Both the position numbers and the translations under genes were made by a program. This document shows positions 39,024-49,030 of a DNA stretch of 64,000 nt, piece after piece. The stretch covers positions 7,913 to 71,912 of the forward strand of contig CAIXLI010000063.1 of NCBI GenBank assembly GCA_903920205.1, in the 5' to 3' direction. This DNA comes from an uncultured Pseudomonadota bacterium (GTDB taxonomy: Bacteria > Pseudomonadota > Alphaproteobacteria > UBA9219). The notes beneath the pieces are model-generated. The model had not been told where the DNA came from. It searched no databases and worked only from the letters and a program-made list of their open reading frames with translations. Each line of letters opens with the position of its first letter. Within the stretch, counting starts at the first letter, position 1.

Positions 39024-39686
39024 TCAACGCATATAGCCATGAATCCCGCTAAAAATCGCCCATCCGGCAAGAATTGCTAAACCCACCGCCGTGACGCGGT
39101 TGACGGCGATGATGCGGCTTTCGGTGAAATGACGACGCAAAAGCCCCACCCCGCCCGACAGCATAAGCCACCACAAAGCCGAGCCGGAGAAAATACCGCC
39201 GATCAAAACATTGGCTTCCAGCTTCTTCGTCACCGCGCCGAAAGTCGCCACAACGGCCAGCGTGCCGAACAGAGTCAGGGGATTTGTCAACGTAATCACC
39301 AAGCCGCTCAACCCCGCCCTCACAATGCCCATCGGCGTGTTTTCTGGCGGCAAGTGCAAAACCTTGGTTACCAACTCGGTGGGCTCCGGCGGTTTGGGGT
39401 GATCGAACCATGTGTGCCATGCAGTGGCCAGCACGATAATGCCGCCTATAAGTCGTATCGAGGATTCATAGTGATGAATGAAATCCAAAACCGCGCTCAC
39501 GCCCAAAACGGCGATGCCGCCAAAAAGCGCGTCGGCGCAAGCCGCGCCCAAGCCCGTCGCCAGCCCGATAGCCAACCCTTTTTGCAAGGTGCGTCGAATG
39601 CACAAAAGCCCGACGGGGCCGACAGGGGCGGCAATTACCAGCCCCAGAACCAAGCCCCGATATAAAACGCCCATTTCTTCGAACAA
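39024..39686 (-). CDS. LysE-family translocator
   Basis: IAAPVGPVGLLCIRRTL, TLTNPLT and GSALWW motifs. Confidence 0.9.
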   Translation of the reverse strand: MFEEMGVLYRGLVLGLVIAAPVGPVGLLCIRRTLQKGLAIGLATGLGAACADALFGGIAVLGVSAVLDFIHHYESSIRLIGGIIVLATAWHTWFDHPKPPEPTELVTKVLHLPPENTPMGIVRAGLSGLVITLTNPLTLFGTLAVVATFGAVTKKLEANVLIGGIFSGSALWWLMLSGGVGLLRRHFTESRIIAVNRVTAVGLAILAGWAIFSGIHGYMR

Positions 39687-39789
39687 AATTGCTCTCCGCG
39701 AACGACCGAACAGGTCTATAGGTTTTTCCGAACGCCGTTATGGCAAAGTCGGGGGCTTTAAGCAACATGATGGTTAATGACCGAAGCGG

Positions 39790-40632
39790 CTATGCCGCAT
39801 CCCGCAACGCCGCCGCCAAGGCAACGACCCGCGCCATAAACTTCACGTCATGCACGCGCACAATATCCGCGCCCAGCATCACGGCGATAGCGACGCTGGC
39901 GGCGGTGCCTTCCAGTCTTTCATCGACGGGCAAATCCAAAACATGTCCGATAAAAGATTTGCGCGAGGGCGCGATAAGAACGGGGAAGCCCAAAGCCTTA
40001 AGCCGCCCCGACTGCGCAATCAGGGCGAGATTCTGTTGCGGCGTTTTGCCGAACCCGATGCCCGGGTCGAGAATAATCTTGTCCCGCGCTACACCTGAAG
40101 CCACAGCATAATCGATCCGCTCCTTCAAAGCGTCGACAACCTCGGCAACGACATCCCCGTATTCCGGCGCATCATAATGCCCGCCGATTTTTGTGTCGCG
40201 GCTGACGGCATTCTGCGCCGCACGATTATGCATCAACACAACGGTGGCTCCATGCCGCGCGGCGACCTCGCCCATTCGTGGATCGCCCGTCAACGCTGTA
40301 ATGTCGTTCAGGATTGAAGCCCCTGCTTGTAAGGCCTGTTCCGCGACATCCGCCTTCACGGTATCGACGGCGATCAGGCGCTCCGTGCCGAACTTGTTTT
40401 TCAGCGCAACGATCACGGGAACGACGCGGCGGATTTCTTCTTCGGCGGGAACGGAAACCGACCCCGGACGGGAACTTTCGCCCCCTATATCCAGAATATC
40501 CGCTCCATCCATCGCCATGCGTTCGGCTTGCGCCACGGCGCTAGCGACATAATCGTTCTGAGTCAGAAGTCCGTCGCCGGAAAAAGAATCCGGCGTCACG
40601 TTAACGATGCCCATGACCAAGGGGCGTTTCAT
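39790..40632 (-). CDS. folP: dihydropteroate synthase
   Basis: MGIVNVTPDSFS, DIGGESSRPG, DPGIGFGK, SRKSF and VRVHDV motifs. Confidence 0.97.
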   Translation of the reverse strand: MKRPLVMGIVNVTPDSFSGDGLLTQNDYVASAVAQAERMAMDGADILDIGGESSRPGSVSVPAEEEIRRVVPVIVALKNKFGTERLIAVDTVKADVAEQALQAGASILNDITALTGDPRMGEVAARHGATVVLMHNRAAQNAVSRDTKIGGHYDAPEYGDVVAEVVDALKERIDYAVASGVARDKIILDPGIGFGKTPQQNLALIAQSGRLKALGFPVLIAPSRKSFIGHVLDLPVDERLEGTAASVAIAVMLGADIVRVHDVKFMARVVALAAALRDAA

Positions 40633-41132
40633 GAAAGAAGCGCACCAAGAGACATCACGGTGTTAGAAGGCAAAAGCGCGCACATCTCTGCCACTGTCTG
40701 CCCATTTTTCGGATGCCGCCACTCAGGCGCGATATCGCTCAAAGGATGCAACACAAAATCGCGCTCCGCCACACGGCGGTGGGGGATGCTCAGTTCCGGC
40801 GTGTCCACAATCCTGTCGCCGTACAATATAATGTCGATATCAATCACGCGCGGGCCATAGCGATAGGTGGGGGTGCGCCCGATTTCGCTTTCAATATCCT
40901 TCGCCGTCCACAAAAGAGCCAGCGGTTCCAGTTTAGTCATGCCGATAACCACAGCGTTTAAAAACGGTGGCTGGTCTGTGACGTAAAGCGGGGCTGTTTC
41001 GTAAACGGGAGAAAGCGCCGTTATCTCGACATAAGGCGCCAAAGCCTTGATCGCCTGACGCAGGGAATCAAGGCGGTCGCCGAGGTTAGAGCCAAGCGCA
41101 AGCGCGACGGGGATTGTCGGAGCATTAGTCAT
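40629..41132 (-). CDS. folK: HPPK (6-hydroxymethyl-7,8-dihydropterin pyrophosphokinase)
   Basis: LALGSNLGDR, FLNAV, GPRVIDIDII and ERDFVL motifs. Confidence 0.96.
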   Translation of the reverse strand: MTNAPTIPVALALGSNLGDRLDSLRQAIKALAPYVEITALSPVYETAPLYVTDQPPFLNAVVIGMTKLEPLALLWTAKDIESEIGRTPTYRYGPRVIDIDIILYGDRIVDTPELSIPHRRVAERDFVLHPLSDIAPEWRHPKNGQTVAEMCALLPSNTVMSLGALLS

Positions 41133-41802
41133 CTCTCTCCTCTAAAACTTTTCGCGCCAAAACGATAGTGATTTTCCGCCCCTCCGCCAAGGCGGCGCGG
41201 TCAAGCCGGTCGACTAAATCCCGAATGCCGGCGGCGTCACGGGGGATACGCGGGGCGAGATAGGCCACAACCCCCGCATCAAGAGCAACCTGCCTGTCGC
41301 GGAACTGCTTAACAATCAACGCCTCCAAAAGCGTATCGTCGGGGGCACCCAAAAGAGCAGCCGGAAAGGTCAGCAAGCGCGACCGCAAATCAGGCAACCT
41401 AAACCCCGCTTGTCCCGCTCCGCATTTCATCGTTAGGACAAGCGAGCCTTGGATTGTTTTAATATGGTTATAAAGGTGAAACAGCTTTTCTTCAGCCACG
41501 GCATTGCCCGCCAAAGCGTCGGCATCGTCCAAGGCAATCGCGGTCGTTGCGGCGGTTAAAGCAGCGGAATCTTCCGCGAGCAACTTCGGCAATGTCAGCA
41601 GCCTGCCTCCGCTTTTGGTCAGCCATAAATTCAGCAAATGGGTTTTGCCGCTGCCCGAAAGTCCCGTCAGGATCAGCCCATGCGAAGGCCAATCGGGCCA
41701 CTTCTCGACCCAGGAAGCGGCCTCGCGGTTACAGGGCGTGACCAGAAAATCGTCCGCGCTCATCGCCGCATCATGGGGCAAAGGCAGGGGAAGCTGAATC
41801 AT
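41125..41802 (-). CDS. hdaA: DnaA regulatory inactivator HdaA
   Basis: N-terminal clamp motif QLPLPL, GSGKTHL, LFHLYN, LPDLRSRL and PDD.LL motifs. Confidence 0.9.
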   Translation of the reverse strand: MIQLPLPLPHDAAMSADDFLVTPCNREAASWVEKWPDWPSHGLILTGLSGSGKTHLLNLWLTKSGGRLLTLPKLLAEDSAALTAATTAIALDDADALAGNAVAEEKLFHLYNHIKTIQGSLVLTMKCGAGQAGFRLPDLRSRLLTFPAALLGAPDDTLLEALIVKQFRDRQVALDAGVVAYLAPRIPRDAAGIRDLVDRLDRAALAEGRKITIVLARKVLEERDD

Positions 41803-42857
41803 TTATAGATCGCGCTGGCTTTGTATTGCCGCACGCCGAAACGCACTAGAACGCCTATTACGGCGGCGGTCGGCACGGCGATTAGAACACCAGTAAAGCC
41901 CATCAGTTTGACGCCTGAAATCAAGGCAAACAAAATCCAAACAGGGTGCAGCCCGACGCGGTTGCCGACGAAACGAGGCGTCAGTACATAGGCTTCAAAG
42001 AAATGCCCGATAGCGAACACGGCGATAACCAAGCTGATCCGCAGCCAATCGCCGTCGAATTGTACGCAGGCCAAAATAACGCTGGTCGCCCAGCCAAAGA
42101 CGGTGCCGACATACGGGATGATGGTCAAAATGCCCGCGATGATACCGACCGTCGCGCCGTATTTCAGCCCGTTCATCGCCAATCCGACGCTGTAAACGAC
42201 GCCCAAAATAACGCACACAATCGCCTGCCCGCGCAAAAATCCGGACAAAGTCTGGTCGATTTCGGTCATTTGTTCGCGGATGACGGCGTAATGACGACGG
42301 GGGATCAACTGGTCGATCACCTTGGTCAATTTTCCCCAATCCTTCAAAACATGGAACGCCGTGACGGGGGTCAGAATCGATAAAGCGATGGCGTCGACCA
42401 AGGCGAAGCCGCCGCTGACGATGCTTTTGACCGTATGACTAACCCACCCCACCGCATCGCCCGTGGATTGCGTCGCCGCATCGCGGATTTTCTCGACGTC
42501 CTCGGGCGAGAACCGCGCCAGCCAATCCTGCGCCCAAGGCAAATAATGTTCGCGGATTTTGGCGATATAATCGGGCAGGGCGTTAATCAAAGCGCCGAAC
42601 TGATGGTTCAGCATGGGCCATATCAGAAGGACAATCGCCACCACGACAAACAAAAATCCCGATAAAACGACCAAAGCCCCGATCCACCTCCGCACTTTGC
42701 GTTTTTCCAGCGCTGTCACGGCGGGCTCCAGAAAATAAGCAATCGCCAACCCTGCCAAAAACGGCACCAAGACAGGTTTAAAAAGCCATAAAACAACAGC
42801 CAGCGCCGCCAAAAGCAATAGCCAGAAGCGCAGCGTAAAATTATTGGTCGTGGTCAT
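41799..42857 (-). CDS. AI-2E family transporter (PerM-like)
   Basis: PFLAGLAIAYFLEP, GFLRGQ, IPYVG and VGLHPVW motifs. Confidence 0.92.
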   Translation of the reverse strand: MTTTNNFTLRFWLLLLAALAVVLWLFKPVLVPFLAGLAIAYFLEPAVTALEKRKVRRWIGALVVLSGFLFVVVAIVLLIWPMLNHQFGALINALPDYIAKIREHYLPWAQDWLARFSPEDVEKIRDAATQSTGDAVGWVSHTVKSIVSGGFALVDAIALSILTPVTAFHVLKDWGKLTKVIDQLIPRRHYAVIREQMTEIDQTLSGFLRGQAIVCVILGVVYSVGLAMNGLKYGATVGIIAGILTIIPYVGTVFGWATSVILACVQFDGDWLRISLVIAVFAIGHFFEAYVLTPRFVGNRVGLHPVWILFALISGVKLMGFTGVLIAVPTAAVIGVLVRFGVRQYKASAIYK

Positions 42858-43076
42858 GAGGTGTCCTTTTCCCTATGCGAGACCGACAGATTACCCGATT
42901 TTGAAAAAAGGTCGAGGGTTAAGCTGGGAAAGCGGTGCAACCAGAATTTCAGGAAGAACAGGAAAAAACGGTAGCGTTAACCCCAGATTCCCATTGTGTA
43001 AGGATTATGTGCCCTCTACCGTCAGGCCGTATGAAGAAAACAAGCCCTAAATCGCTCATCCACAGGAGAGTGCGTA

Positions 43077-43790
43077 ATGTCTTTCAGCCTTGATAAGGTC
43101 GTCCCCTGGGGGCGCACTTACGAAGAATATATCGCTATGTTCTGCCTTGACGAGCAGGATTTACAGAAAGAAATTCTCGGCTGCGGCGATGGCCCTGCGA
43201 GCTTTAACGCGGAGTTTTCCAAACACGGCGGCAAGATCGTTTCCATTGACCCGATTTATCAATTTGCGCAAGACGAAATCGCCCAGCGCACAGAGGAAGC
43301 ACGCCACCTCATCATGGCGCAGATACGCGCCAACGCCGACGAACAGGTTTGGGGGCAGGGTATCGATTCGCCCGACCATCTCGAACAAATTCGCGTCACG
43401 GCGATGAGTGTCTTTCTCGCGGATTATCTGCAAGGAAAGAAAGCCGGTCGCTATATCCCCGCCGCGTTGCCTAAGCTCGATTTTTCTGACAGGAAATTCG
43501 GACTCGCGCTCTGTTCCCATTTTTTGCTCCATTACGCGGAACAGCTTGACTTGGATTTTCACCTGACGTCTTTGCGCGAGCTATGCCGTGTCGCCGACGA
43601 AGTGCGGGTGTTCCCTATTCTGGAACTTGGTGCCAAAAGATCGCGGCACGTCGACCCTGTCGTGGCGAGGTTATCCGCCGAAGGGTATAAAGTTTCTATT
43701 CAGCGCGTTGGGTACGAGTTTATCAAAGGAGGCAATGAAATGCTTATCGTCAAGCCTTCACTGCGGGCGATCACGCTCTTGCCTCAATAG
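43077..43790 (+). CDS. SAM-dependent methyltransferase-like protein
   Basis: VPWGRTYEEY, ILGCGDGPASF, DPIY, LALCSHFL and EVRVFP motifs. Confidence 0.8.
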   Translation: MSFSLDKVVPWGRTYEEYIAMFCLDEQDLQKEILGCGDGPASFNAEFSKHGGKIVSIDPIYQFAQDEIAQRTEEARHLIMAQIRANADEQVWGQGIDSPDHLEQIRVTAMSVFLADYLQGKKAGRYIPAALPKLDFSDRKFGLALCSHFLLHYAEQLDLDFHLTSLRELCRVADEVRVFPILELGAKRSRHVDPVVARLSAEGYKVSIQRVGYEFIKGGNEMLIVKPSLRAITLLPQ

Positions 43791-43799
43791 GGAAGAAAC

Positions 43800-44966
43800 A
43801 TGAAAACAGTTGCCACCCATACTTTTCGCGGCTCCGAAGGTGGAGCGGAACACACCATCATGATCCAAGCCCCTGGGCACATAGGCTTTGCCGAACAAGT
43901 CAAGTTTATCGAACGTTATTACAAAGAGGCGCAGGAGAAATTGGGGCTTGATCCCAAAACCGCCATATTCCGGCGTTTTTTTCTCAGCGATGTTTTGAAC
44001 CAAGCGGAAGCTGTTCGTCAAAGTGCTCTAGCCGATGAGAGGGAGGACAATCCCGTCGCCCTCTCCCTTCTTCAGCAATCGCCCTTGCCGGAGTCCAAAA
44101 TCGCCATGTTGGCCTATCATATAGATAACGCGACCTTGATAAAAAAGAAGCGCCTCTCGCCCTACCACCTTCTCGTCGAGAAAAACGGCAAGCGCCATCT
44201 TTGGAGCACGGGGCTTTGCTCTGATGCCTATGACGGCCAGCCGCCAACCTCGCCTGCCGAGCAAACGAAGGCGGGGTTTGGCGACGCGGTCGCGCTGCTT
44301 GCGAGCCAGGGTGGTTCATTAAAAACGAACGGCGTTCGCGCATGGATTTACCTTAAGGACGTCGATGTCTTTTATGCGGGCATGGTCGAAAGCCGCCGTG
44401 AGCTTTTTAAGAAACTGGGCATGAACGGCGATACGCATTACATCGCCGCGACCGCCATCGAAGGCGCTCCGGCGCACAAGAACGGTCTGGTTGCAATCGA
44501 CCTTTATTCCCAGCTCGACCTTAAGCCGGAACAAGTTACGTTCCTTTACGACCCCGATTATCTGCCGTTCCGTAATCATCAGGTCGTTTTCGAATATGGA
44601 ACGAAAATAGATTACCGTGACCGCGCTCATCTTTTCCCGTCAGGAACGGGCAGCGTCGACCCGTCGCTTATAATTCTGTATAAGGGCGATGTGATGCGCC
44701 AACTTGAACGTTCACTAGAAAATGTCGAAGCCTTGCTTCGTGCCGGAAAGGCGGGTCTACAAGACCTTACGCACCTGATCGTGTATTTGCGCGACCTGAC
44801 AGATTATCAACGCGTCGGGCAATACCTTGACGAGCGATTTGCCAATTTGCCCAAAATCATCGTCCAAGCTCCCGTCTGCAATCCCGATTGGCTTGTCGAG
44901 ATCGAAGGGGCGGCTATTATTGCGAATAACCCCGCCAATGAAGGCAAGACTTTCCCGTCTTTCTGA
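43800..44966 (+). CDS. multi-domain Rid/YjgF family protein (chorismatase FkbO/Hyg5-like architecture)
   Basis: FLSD..NQ, R.WIY..DVD..YAGMV..R, SGT.S, ENVEALL, VYLRD and C-terminal WLVEIE. Confidence 0.75.
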   Translation: MKTVATHTFRGSEGGAEHTIMIQAPGHIGFAEQVKFIERYYKEAQEKLGLDPKTAIFRRFFLSDVLNQAEAVRQSALADEREDNPVALSLLQQSPLPESKIAMLAYHIDNATLIKKKRLSPYHLLVEKNGKRHLWSTGLCSDAYDGQPPTSPAEQTKAGFGDAVALLASQGGSLKTNGVRAWIYLKDVDVFYAGMVESRRELFKKLGMNGDTHYIAATAIEGAPAHKNGLVAIDLYSQLDLKPEQVTFLYDPDYLPFRNHQVVFEYGTKIDYRDRAHLFPSGTGSVDPSLIILYKGDVMRQLERSLENVEALLRAGKAGLQDLTHLIVYLRDLTDYQRVGQYLDERFANLPKIIVQAPVCNPDWLVEIEGAAIIANNPANEGKTFPSF

Positions 44967-44968
44967 CG

Positions 44969-45967
44969 TTATTGTGCAATCTTCCCCGCCCCAATTAACC
45001 CGCACAAATCCTGCTGCGGCCTTGGCCCGTAATGGCTGATAACTTCCGAAGCGGCGATGGCGGCTATCCTGCCGCATTCGGGCAGGGGTTTGCCTTGCGT
45101 CAGCCCGTATAGAAATCCTGCTGCAAAAAGATCGCCCGCGCCTGTCGTATCGATCACGGAAGGGGCGGGGTGCGCTGGTATTTCAAAAATCTGGTCTGCT
45201 GCCGCGATAATCGCGCCTTGGGCTCCGCGCGTCACCACGACGATCTCGGTATGGGCGCGAACGGCGTCAAGCGCGGAACGAACGTCTTGTGTTTGATAAA
45301 GTTCTTTAATCTCGTTCTCGTTGGCGAAAAGAATATCGACATCGCCGCGCACCAAATCCAAAAACGCCCCCCGATGCCGCAACACGCAAAAAACATCCGA
45401 CAGGGTCAGCGATAATTTGCGCCCCGCCTCATGCGCCAAGCGTGCCGCTTTGCCGAAAGCCTGCTGCGCGGCGGGCTTGTCAAACAAATAGCCCTCCAAG
45501 TAAGTGATCGCCGCGTTTTGTACCACAGCAGCATCAACATCCTCGGGGCCGAACTCCACGGCGGCTCCCAAAAAAGTCGTCATGCTACGCTGCGCATCCG
45601 GCGTCACAAGGATCAAGCAGCGCCCCGTCGACAGATCGGGCGATAAAGGCGTCGTGAAATGAATCTTCTGTGCGTGAAGATCATGCGTAAAAACCTCGCC
45701 AAACTGGTCGCGCCCCACCTTGCCCATAAAAGCGCATAAGCCGCCTAAAGAAGCAAACCCCGCCATGCTGTTGGCGGCAGAGCCGCCCGATGACATTTCA
45801 ACGGCAGATCCGGCGCGGGCATAAAGCGCGGCAGATGTCTCGTCATCCACCAAAGTCATCGCGCCTTTGGCCACCTGATTGGCCTGCAGAAAAGCGTCGT
45901 CGGTCGAAACGATAATATCTACAAGCGCGTTTCCGATGGAGCAAAGGTCGTAAGAAGGGCGGGGCAT
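44969..45967 (-). CDS. PfkB-family adenosine kinase
   Basis: IGNALVD, SGGSAAN, TPDAQRSM, FANENE and DTTGAGDLFAAGFL motifs. Confidence 0.92.
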   Translation of the reverse strand: MPRPSYDLCSIGNALVDIIVSTDDAFLQANQVAKGAMTLVDDETSAALYARAGSAVEMSSGGSAANSMAGFASLGGLCAFMGKVGRDQFGEVFTHDLHAQKIHFTTPLSPDLSTGRCLILVTPDAQRSMTTFLGAAVEFGPEDVDAAVVQNAAITYLEGYLFDKPAAQQAFGKAARLAHEAGRKLSLTLSDVFCVLRHRGAFLDLVRGDVDILFANENEIKELYQTQDVRSALDAVRAHTEIVVVTRGAQGAIIAAADQIFEIPAHPAPSVIDTTGAGDLFAAGFLYGLTQGKPLPECGRIAAIAASEVISHYGPRPQQDLCGLIGAGKIAQ

Positions 45968-46207
45968 AATAAAACCATAGGTTGTTGTCGTGATGGGGTG
46001 TTCTCGTGATGGGGTTTGCCCTGGCGGCGGCAAAACAAAAATATTTGTCCGAAAAAAGGTTCATGTTTTTCCGACATTTACGTCTTTAGCAACATTGTTT
46101 CCTTTTCACAACAGGGGGTGTTTTGGGAATCATTTCCTTGCCTTCTTCGTTAAAGATGTGTTAACCGTCGAGTCCACAGTTTGCACTTCATTTCGCAGGA
46201 GTAACGA

Positions 46208-46807
46208 ATGTTCGGTCCAAGAGATAAATCCAAAAACGACACGCAAGAAATCACCACGGAAGACACCTCTTCCGCCGCTCTGCGCACCGAACAGCCCTCC
46301 GGCTTGCCGCGCGCCTCAACGCCTTCTTCGAACCGCCGCTTGCCGGAAGTAAGCCGCCGTTCTTCGTCCAGCAGTGCCGATGGGCGCAAGCTGATCGTTG
46401 GCGACGGGCTGTCTTTGTCGGGCGAAATCACCTCCTGCGATATTCTGGTCGTGGCGGGTAAGGTCGAAGCCAAGCTGACCGATGGCAAACTTCTTGAAAT
46501 CAACGAAACAGGCCAATTCCGCGGCAGCGTCGAGATTGAAAATGCCGATATCGCCGGTCGTTATGATGGCCAATTGGTCGTCCATGGTCGTTTGACCGTG
46601 CGTTCGACCGGTCGCATCAGCGGCATGGTCAAGTATGGTGAATTGGAAGTCAGCGCCGGCGGTCAGATTATCGGCGAATTGCAGGTTACGGGCGGTGGCG
46701 CAAACAGCGCACAAACGACCGGAACCGGCGGCTTCAAAAGCGCGGCAAAATTCACCTCGCTTCTTGACGACGAAGGAAGCTCCTCGGACGAACGCAAAAG
46801 CGCATAA
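46208..46807 (+). CDS. bactofilin (polymer-forming cytoskeletal protein)
   Basis: LIVGDGLSLSGEI...G.VE...G.F.G...beta-helix repeats with disordered termini. Confidence 0.9.
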   Translation: MFGPRDKSKNDTQEITTEDTSSAALRTEQPSGLPRASTPSSNRRLPEVSRRSSSSSADGRKLIVGDGLSLSGEITSCDILVVAGKVEAKLTDGKLLEINETGQFRGSVEIENADIAGRYDGQLVVHGRLTVRSTGRISGMVKYGELEVSAGGQIIGELQVTGGGANSAQTTGTGGFKSAAKFTSLLDDEGSSSDERKSA

Positions 46808-46832
46808 TTTCCTGGCTTAGATTCCTGTCACT

Positions 46833-46868
46833 AAAATGCCACTACTTGCAAAGTAGTGGCATTTTTTT
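46833..46868 (+). terminator. intrinsic terminator
   Basis: AAAATGCCACTACTT-GCA-AAGTAGTGGCATTTTTTT. Confidence 0.85.
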
Positions 46869-46925
46869 ATTGCGCACAGTTAAGTCATTCAGAAAAAAAA
46901 GAAATTTTTGTAGTCTACTCTTGTG

Positions 46926-46934
46926 TGCACTGCA
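46926..46934. promoter_or_regulatory. possible PhaR-type operator TGC-N3-GCA
   Basis: TGCACTGCA upstream of the phasin gene; short, so support is weak. Confidence 0.3.
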
Positions 46935-47034
46935 AAAAAAACGTGACAACGCGTTAATCATAATATATTAATTAACCCTAACGAGGGGGCGTTCCGACCC
47001 TCTGTTTTTGATCTTTTCTGAGCCACATGGAGGC

Positions 47035-47532
47035 ATGATGTCGAAGCCGTTTACCAATCCTTTTTTTGAGGCCGATATGTCTAAGGTGTTTGACACGTCC
47101 AAGTTCTTCGATCTGTCGAAGACATTTGACATGTCGAAGATGACTGGTCCCTGTTCCATTCCTCAATTCGACATCGAAGCCGCTTTTGCGCTTCAACGCA
47201 AGAATGTCGAAGCGTTCACTGCGTTAAGCCAGACCGCTTACGAAAACATTCAGTCGCTGTGGCGCCGTCAAACCGACAGCTGCCGCCAGATGATGGAAGA
47301 GCTGACACAAAGCATGCAAGCCACGATCACCAGCCCGACAACCGAGGGCAAGGCGAGCAAGCAAGCGGAAGTCAGCAAGGCCGCTCTCGACAAGTATATG
47401 GCCAGCCTGCGGGACGCTTCCGAGACGCTTGCCAAGTGCAATTCGCAAGTGATGGAAACCGTCAGCACGCGCATGAATGATAGCATTAGCGAACTGCGCG
47501 GGATCGTCAAGAAAACCGATTGCGCCGCTTAA
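47035..47532 (+). CDS. phasin (PHA granule-associated protein)
   Basis: FDIEA...QRKNVEAF..., RRQ and SQVMETVSTRM..S..EL motifs. Confidence 0.85.
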   Translation: MMSKPFTNPFFEADMSKVFDTSKFFDLSKTFDMSKMTGPCSIPQFDIEAAFALQRKNVEAFTALSQTAYENIQSLWRRQTDSCRQMMEELTQSMQATITSPTTEGKASKQAEVSKAALDKYMASLRDASETLAKCNSQVMETVSTRMNDSISELRGIVKKTDCAA

Positions 47533-47578
47533 GGGTTCCGCTATTTCCGGGAATCTGAGAAAAGTCGTTATAACGGGC

Positions 47579-47692
47579 ATGGTGCTTCTCAGCATCATGT
47601 CCGTTTCTGCGTGTGGGAAAAAGCCGCCGGATGTCGATCCTCCTTTGGGCAGCGAAGGCACTGTATTTCCTCGAGCCTACCCCGCGCCTTAA
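47579..47692 (+). CDS. small lipoprotein (YifL/LptM-like)
   Basis: Lipobox VSAC followed by GKK..DPP...FPRAYP; the start may be upstream (CTG at 47555). Confidence 0.65.
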   Translation: MVLLSIMSVSACGKKPPDVDPPLGSEGTVFPRAYPAP

Positions 47693-47878
47693 ACAGACTA
47701 TCGACATCTTGCTCCTCTGGCGTACCGGCTTTGGTTCGCCCATTGTCATGAGGCCTTTCCTTCCCTATAAGAGCACGCAACGAAGGCGAGGACAGCGGTG
47801 CCCAAAAAGCTGCAAACTTTCTCGCACGGCGCCAACCCTTGACCCGCGAGGGGGAGCACAACAGTCAGGGGTTGATCG

Positions 47879-49030
47879 ATGCCAGCTAAAAAAGATTATT
47901 ACGAATTGTTGGGCGCCCAGCGCGGCGCTTCGGCGGACGAGCTGAAAAAGGCGTATCGTAAGCTGGCGATGCAGTACCATCCCGACCGCAATCACGGCAA
48001 GCCCGAGGCCGAGCATAAATTCAAGGAAATTAACGAAGCCTATGAAGTGCTGCGCGATGATCAGCGCCGCGCTGCTTATGACCGTTTTGGACATGCCGCC
48101 TTTGAACAAGGCGGTCCGGGCGGTATGGGGGGCGGCGGGTTCGGCGACTTTGGCTTTGGCTCGGGCTTTTCGGATATTTTCGACGAAATGTTCGGCGAAA
48201 TCATGGGCGGCGGACGGCGTCAGCAACCGCAGGGTGGTGCGCAACGCGGTGCGGATTTGCGTCACGACATGGATATCTCGCTCGAAGAGGCTTTCGCGGG
48301 CGTCACAAAAACAATTACCATTCCTAACACCGTGGCCTGCGATGGCTGCAAAGGCTCGGGTGCTGCCGCCGGAACCGCGCCCACCGAATGCGGGATGTGC
48401 AAAGGCCATGGTCGTGTGCGTGCGCAGCAAGGATTTTTCACGGTCGAACGCACATGCCCCACCTGCCAGGGCGTCGGTCGTGTCATCCATTCCCCCTGTA
48501 AAAAATGCGGCGGACAAGGGCGCGTTCACCAACAACGCACGCTGGCGGTCGAAATTCCCGCAGGCGTTGAAGACGGCATGCGTATCCGCCTGACCGGCGA
48601 AGGTTCCGCAGGTGTGCGCGGCGGTCATGCGGGCGATCTCTACGTCATTCTTGGAATCGAACAGCACAAGGTCTTCCAGCGTGACGGTGCAAATCTGTAC
48701 TGCCGCGTACCGATAGCGATGACGGCGGCGGCCTTGGGCGGTTTGATCGAAGTGCCGACCATCGACGGCGGCGTCGCCGAGGTCAAAATCGACGCAGGCA
48801 CGCAATCGGGCCACCGTGCGCGCATCAAACACAAGGGCATGTCCGTGCTGCGCGGCTCCTCGCGCGGCGATCTCTATGTCGAACTCGCGGTCGAAACGCC
48901 CGCGCATCTGACCAAACGGCAAAAAGAGCTTTTGGTCGAATTCGCGCTAGAAGCGGAAGAAAATGCGACCCACCCTGAAAGCGAAGGCTTCGTCGCACGC
49001 GTCAAAGAAGCCTTGGGCAGAAATAAATGA
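47879..49030 (+). CDS. dnaJ: chaperone DnaJ
   Basis: J-domain HPD, G/F-rich region, DIF motif and four CxxCxGxG repeats. Confidence 0.98.
   Translation: MPAKKDYYELLGAQRGASADELKKAYRKLAMQYHPDRNHGKPEAEHKFKEINEAYEVLRDDQRRAAYDRFGHAAFEQGGPGGMGGGGFGDFGFGSGFSDIFDEMFGEIMGGGRRQQPQGGAQRGADLRHDMDISLEEAFAGVTKTITIPNTVACDGCKGSGAAAGTAPTECGMCKGHGRVRAQQGFFTVERTCPTCQGVGRVIHSPCKKCGGQGRVHQQRTLAVEIPAGVEDGMRIRLTGEGSAGVRGGHAGDLYVILGIEQHKVFQRDGANLYCRVPIAMTAAALGGLIEVPTIDGGVAEVKIDAGTQSGHRARIKHKGMSVLRGSSRGDLYVELAVETPAHLTKRQKELLVEFALEAEENATHPESEGFVARVKEALGRNK

Noticed and set aside
47765..48922. 385-aa minus-strand ORF
   Set aside because: Antisense shadow of dnaJ, explained by codon bias.
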